DNA of 64,000 nucleotides, from assembly GCA_965644315.1 (NCBI GenBank), contig CBFFRQ010000094.1:124001-188000 (forward strand), given 5' to 3'. Position numbers and translations under genes: made by a program. Every line of letters begins with the position of its first letter. Positions within the stretch are counted from its first letter, which is position 1. The DNA is from Caecitellus pseudoparvulus (Eukaryota > Protista > Bigyra: Bicosoecida). Under the pieces are notes generated by a model that saw only the letters and a list, made by a program, of their open reading frames with translations, made no database searches and was not told where the DNA came from. Positions 62,291-64,000 of this stretch are shown in pieces.

Positions 62291-62300
62291 CAATTTCCGC
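62291..62300. promoter_or_regulatory. GCGGAAATTG motif (minus strand) 11 nt upstream of the hydrolase ATG
   Basis: Exact copy of the recurrent 10-mer. Confidence 0.55.
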
Positions 62301-62380
62301 ACAGACCACGCCCCCCCTTCGCTGCCCATCACGGCGCACCACTGCAGCGCAGTGCAGCGGGCTGCCAAGTGGTGCATTGT

Positions 62381-63988
62381 TCACGCGGATTGTGCGATTT
62401 TCTCCACCCCCAGCACTGCTGCTGCCCCCCCAAAGACACTGGGCGTCTGGGTCAACACTTCGCCTGGCACGCCTTGGCTCGCAGCCACGCTGGCAGCAGC
62501 GACCGCCAGCAACGACTGCGGGCGGACGTTGTAATCGAGGGCCTTGGCCATGACAATGTCCGCAGCAGCCGCCCCGAATTCCATGTCCTCAGACAGCACC
62601 TGCGCGTCCATGGCTGACGTGGCGGCACCGCCCTCGCCTGCTGCTGCTGCAGCAGCAGAGGAAGTCGCTGCCGCGCCCCCTGCAGCGAGGCGGCGCGCTG
62701 CCACGCAGTCCCGCAGGACCTGTGGCAGCGCCGTGAGCAAGAACTGCACATTCACCATGAAGTCACTGCCCAGCAACTGCCCCGCGCTGAGACCCAGCAA
62801 CGCCAGGGACGTGCGGTGCAGCGCTGACCACCCCTCCACGAGCCACAAATCCCACACGCGCGTCACTGCCTGCAACGGCAGCGTGGAGCCAGACGCAAAA
62901 AGCGTCATGAACCACCCTGCGCTGTACATGCTGGCAGAGATCTCCTGTTGCGCCAGGCGCAGCGACAGCTGTGGCAGGGACACTGCCAGCTGCGCGTCCA
63001 TTTGAGCAAACGCCAACCCGGCGCCCTGCAGCCCAGAACTGTACACTCGCCGCAGGCCGTATCGCTGCACAAAGACAAACAGCATCCACAATGCTGCTTG
63101 CTCGTCTCCGTTGAACACTCGCAGCAGCAGGGCCGTCACGAAGTTCATGCCTTGGCAGTAACCCACCCGTGGCTCCAGCACGGAAAACGCCAGCAGCACC
63201 CGCCTGAGCGCAGCACGTGCGGCGGCCACAGACGCCATGCTCATGCTTTCGTGGGCCGAAATGGGGGGAATGGCGTCCCCAGGCCCGGGTTCCATCGCCT
63301 GTGACTCCTTCTCGTCGTCCAGGCACTGCCCTGCAGCCTCCAAACGCCGCCGGTGGCAACGCAGCACTTCGCCAAAAGTCCGCTGCACGTCAGCGTCAAC
63401 CTGCGCGTGAGGCACCGTCCAGGCGGCAGCTGAGGCAGGAATCTCTGCTGCGTCCCCATCCACCAACGCAACCAGTGCGCCAGGCGCCGGGACTTCAATG
63501 CCGTACGCGCCACGCAACATGCGCGGCTCAGTTGCCGCAATGCACCCTGCCGCAGCGGAGCGCAGGCAGCTGACAGCTTCGCCCAGCTGTGCTTCGGCAG
63601 CGTCACGGTCCCCTCGGGCTGCGGCTTCTTCGGCGTGCAGGATCTTCAGTGTGTCCTGGATGGCCGTCCACTTGTCGACTTCTGCAGGCTCCAAGCCGTG
63701 GTGCCCCGCCACCACCACGCCAGGCTCGGCTGCCTGCATGCCTGACGCAACAGGCACGCCCAACGGCACCTCAGACGAGACGCCCCGCACACGGGAGTGG
63801 AAACCCATGTCTTCGCCCTCCTGCTCGGCTGTGCCAGTGACTTCCGTGAACACTGGCGGCGTGTGGGCCTGCCGCAGGCTGGCGTTCATGGCGGCGTCTC
63901 CAGCCCCCGTGGCGCCAAGAAACGCCTCCGGGGGCGGCGCCTCTGGCGGCGAGGCCTGGCTCTGCCCAGTCTTGGACGCCGCCAACAT
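62381..63988 (-). CDS. TBC-domain Rab GTPase-activating protein (5' end may extend past the window)
   Basis: Arg finger QVDADVQRTF, Gln finger VGYCQGMNFVTALLL, SMYSAGWFMTLF, RVWDLWLVEGWSALHRTSLALL. Confidence 0.93.
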   Translation of the reverse strand: MLAASKTGQSQASPPEAPPPEAFLGATGAGDAAMNASLRQAHTPPVFTEVTGTAEQEGEDMGFHSRVRGVSSEVPLGVPVASGMQAAEPGVVVAGHHGLEPAEVDKWTAIQDTLKILHAEEAAARGDRDAAEAQLGEAVSCLRSAAAGCIAATEPRMLRGAYGIEVPAPGALVALVDGDAAEIPASAAAWTVPHAQVDADVQRTFGEVLRCHRRRLEAAGQCLDDEKESQAMEPGPGDAIPPISAHESMSMASVAAARAALRRVLLAFSVLEPRVGYCQGMNFVTALLLRVFNGDEQAALWMLFVFVQRYGLRRVYSSGLQGAGLAFAQMDAQLAVSLPQLSLRLAQQEISASMYSAGWFMTLFASGSTLPLQAVTRVWDLWLVEGWSALHRTSLALLGLSAGQLLGSDFMVNVQFLLTALPQVLRDCVAARRLAAGGAAATSSAAAAAAGEGGAATSAMDAQVLSEDMEFGAAAADIVMAKALDYNVRPQSLLAVAAASVAASQGVPGEVLTQTPSVFGGAAAVLGVEKIAQSA

Positions 63989-64000
63989 GTCTGGCGTGAT

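Noticed and set aside
62381-62384. Operon-like 4-nt stop/start overlap between the TBC and hydrolase ORFs
   Set aside because: It relies on a GTG start; the likely eukaryotic ATG is at 62279, preceded by the promoter-like motif.
1-64000. Bacterial origin, operon or prokaryotic defence island
   Set aside because: Spliceosomal introns in SMC1, COQ7, kinesin and scramblase, and the eukaryote-specific gene content.
1-64000. Hundreds of overlapping or antisense ORFs in the track (e.g. 25713-27431 +, 59485-62022 -, 8148-9581 +)
   Set aside because: Expected shadows of high-GC coding sequence; no motifs, and they lie opposite better-supported genes.

Overview
GC-rich, compact eukaryotic (protist) genomic DNA. 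Evidence: short GT-AG spliceosomal introns (mostly about 65-100 nt, donors GTGCG/GTGAG/GTAAG) interrupt recognisable eukaryotic genes. The style is reminiscent of a heterotrophic stramenopile such as a Cafeteria-like bicosoecid, but that assignment is only an impression. About 23 protein-coding genes are supported. Conserved genes: SMC1, COQ7, a trimethyllysine/butyrobetaine dioxygenase, an NSRP1/CCDC55-like protein, a kinesin, a PP2C, a scramblase, an MFS transporter, a sedolisin/TPP1, a TBC RabGAP, a class-3 lipase, a CtlX-like amidinotransferase and an alpha/beta hydrolase. There are also two very long low-complexity proteins and several divergent, apparently intronless genes. I found no rRNA, tRNA, CRISPR array or intact mobile element. 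The three best leads are: (1) a modular set of ankyrin-repeat and kinase/pseudokinase genes, in which an unusual 38-aa variable ankyrin repeat sits head-to-head with an intact non-RD kinase in one place and is fused to a related pseudokinase in another; (2) an intact gene apparently derived from a Harbinger/ISL2EU (DDE_Tnp_4) transposase that has lost its catalytic residues; (3) a recurrent 10-mer, GCGGAAATTG, lying just upstream of start codons in either orientation. All domain calls were made by eye from motifs, with no database searches.
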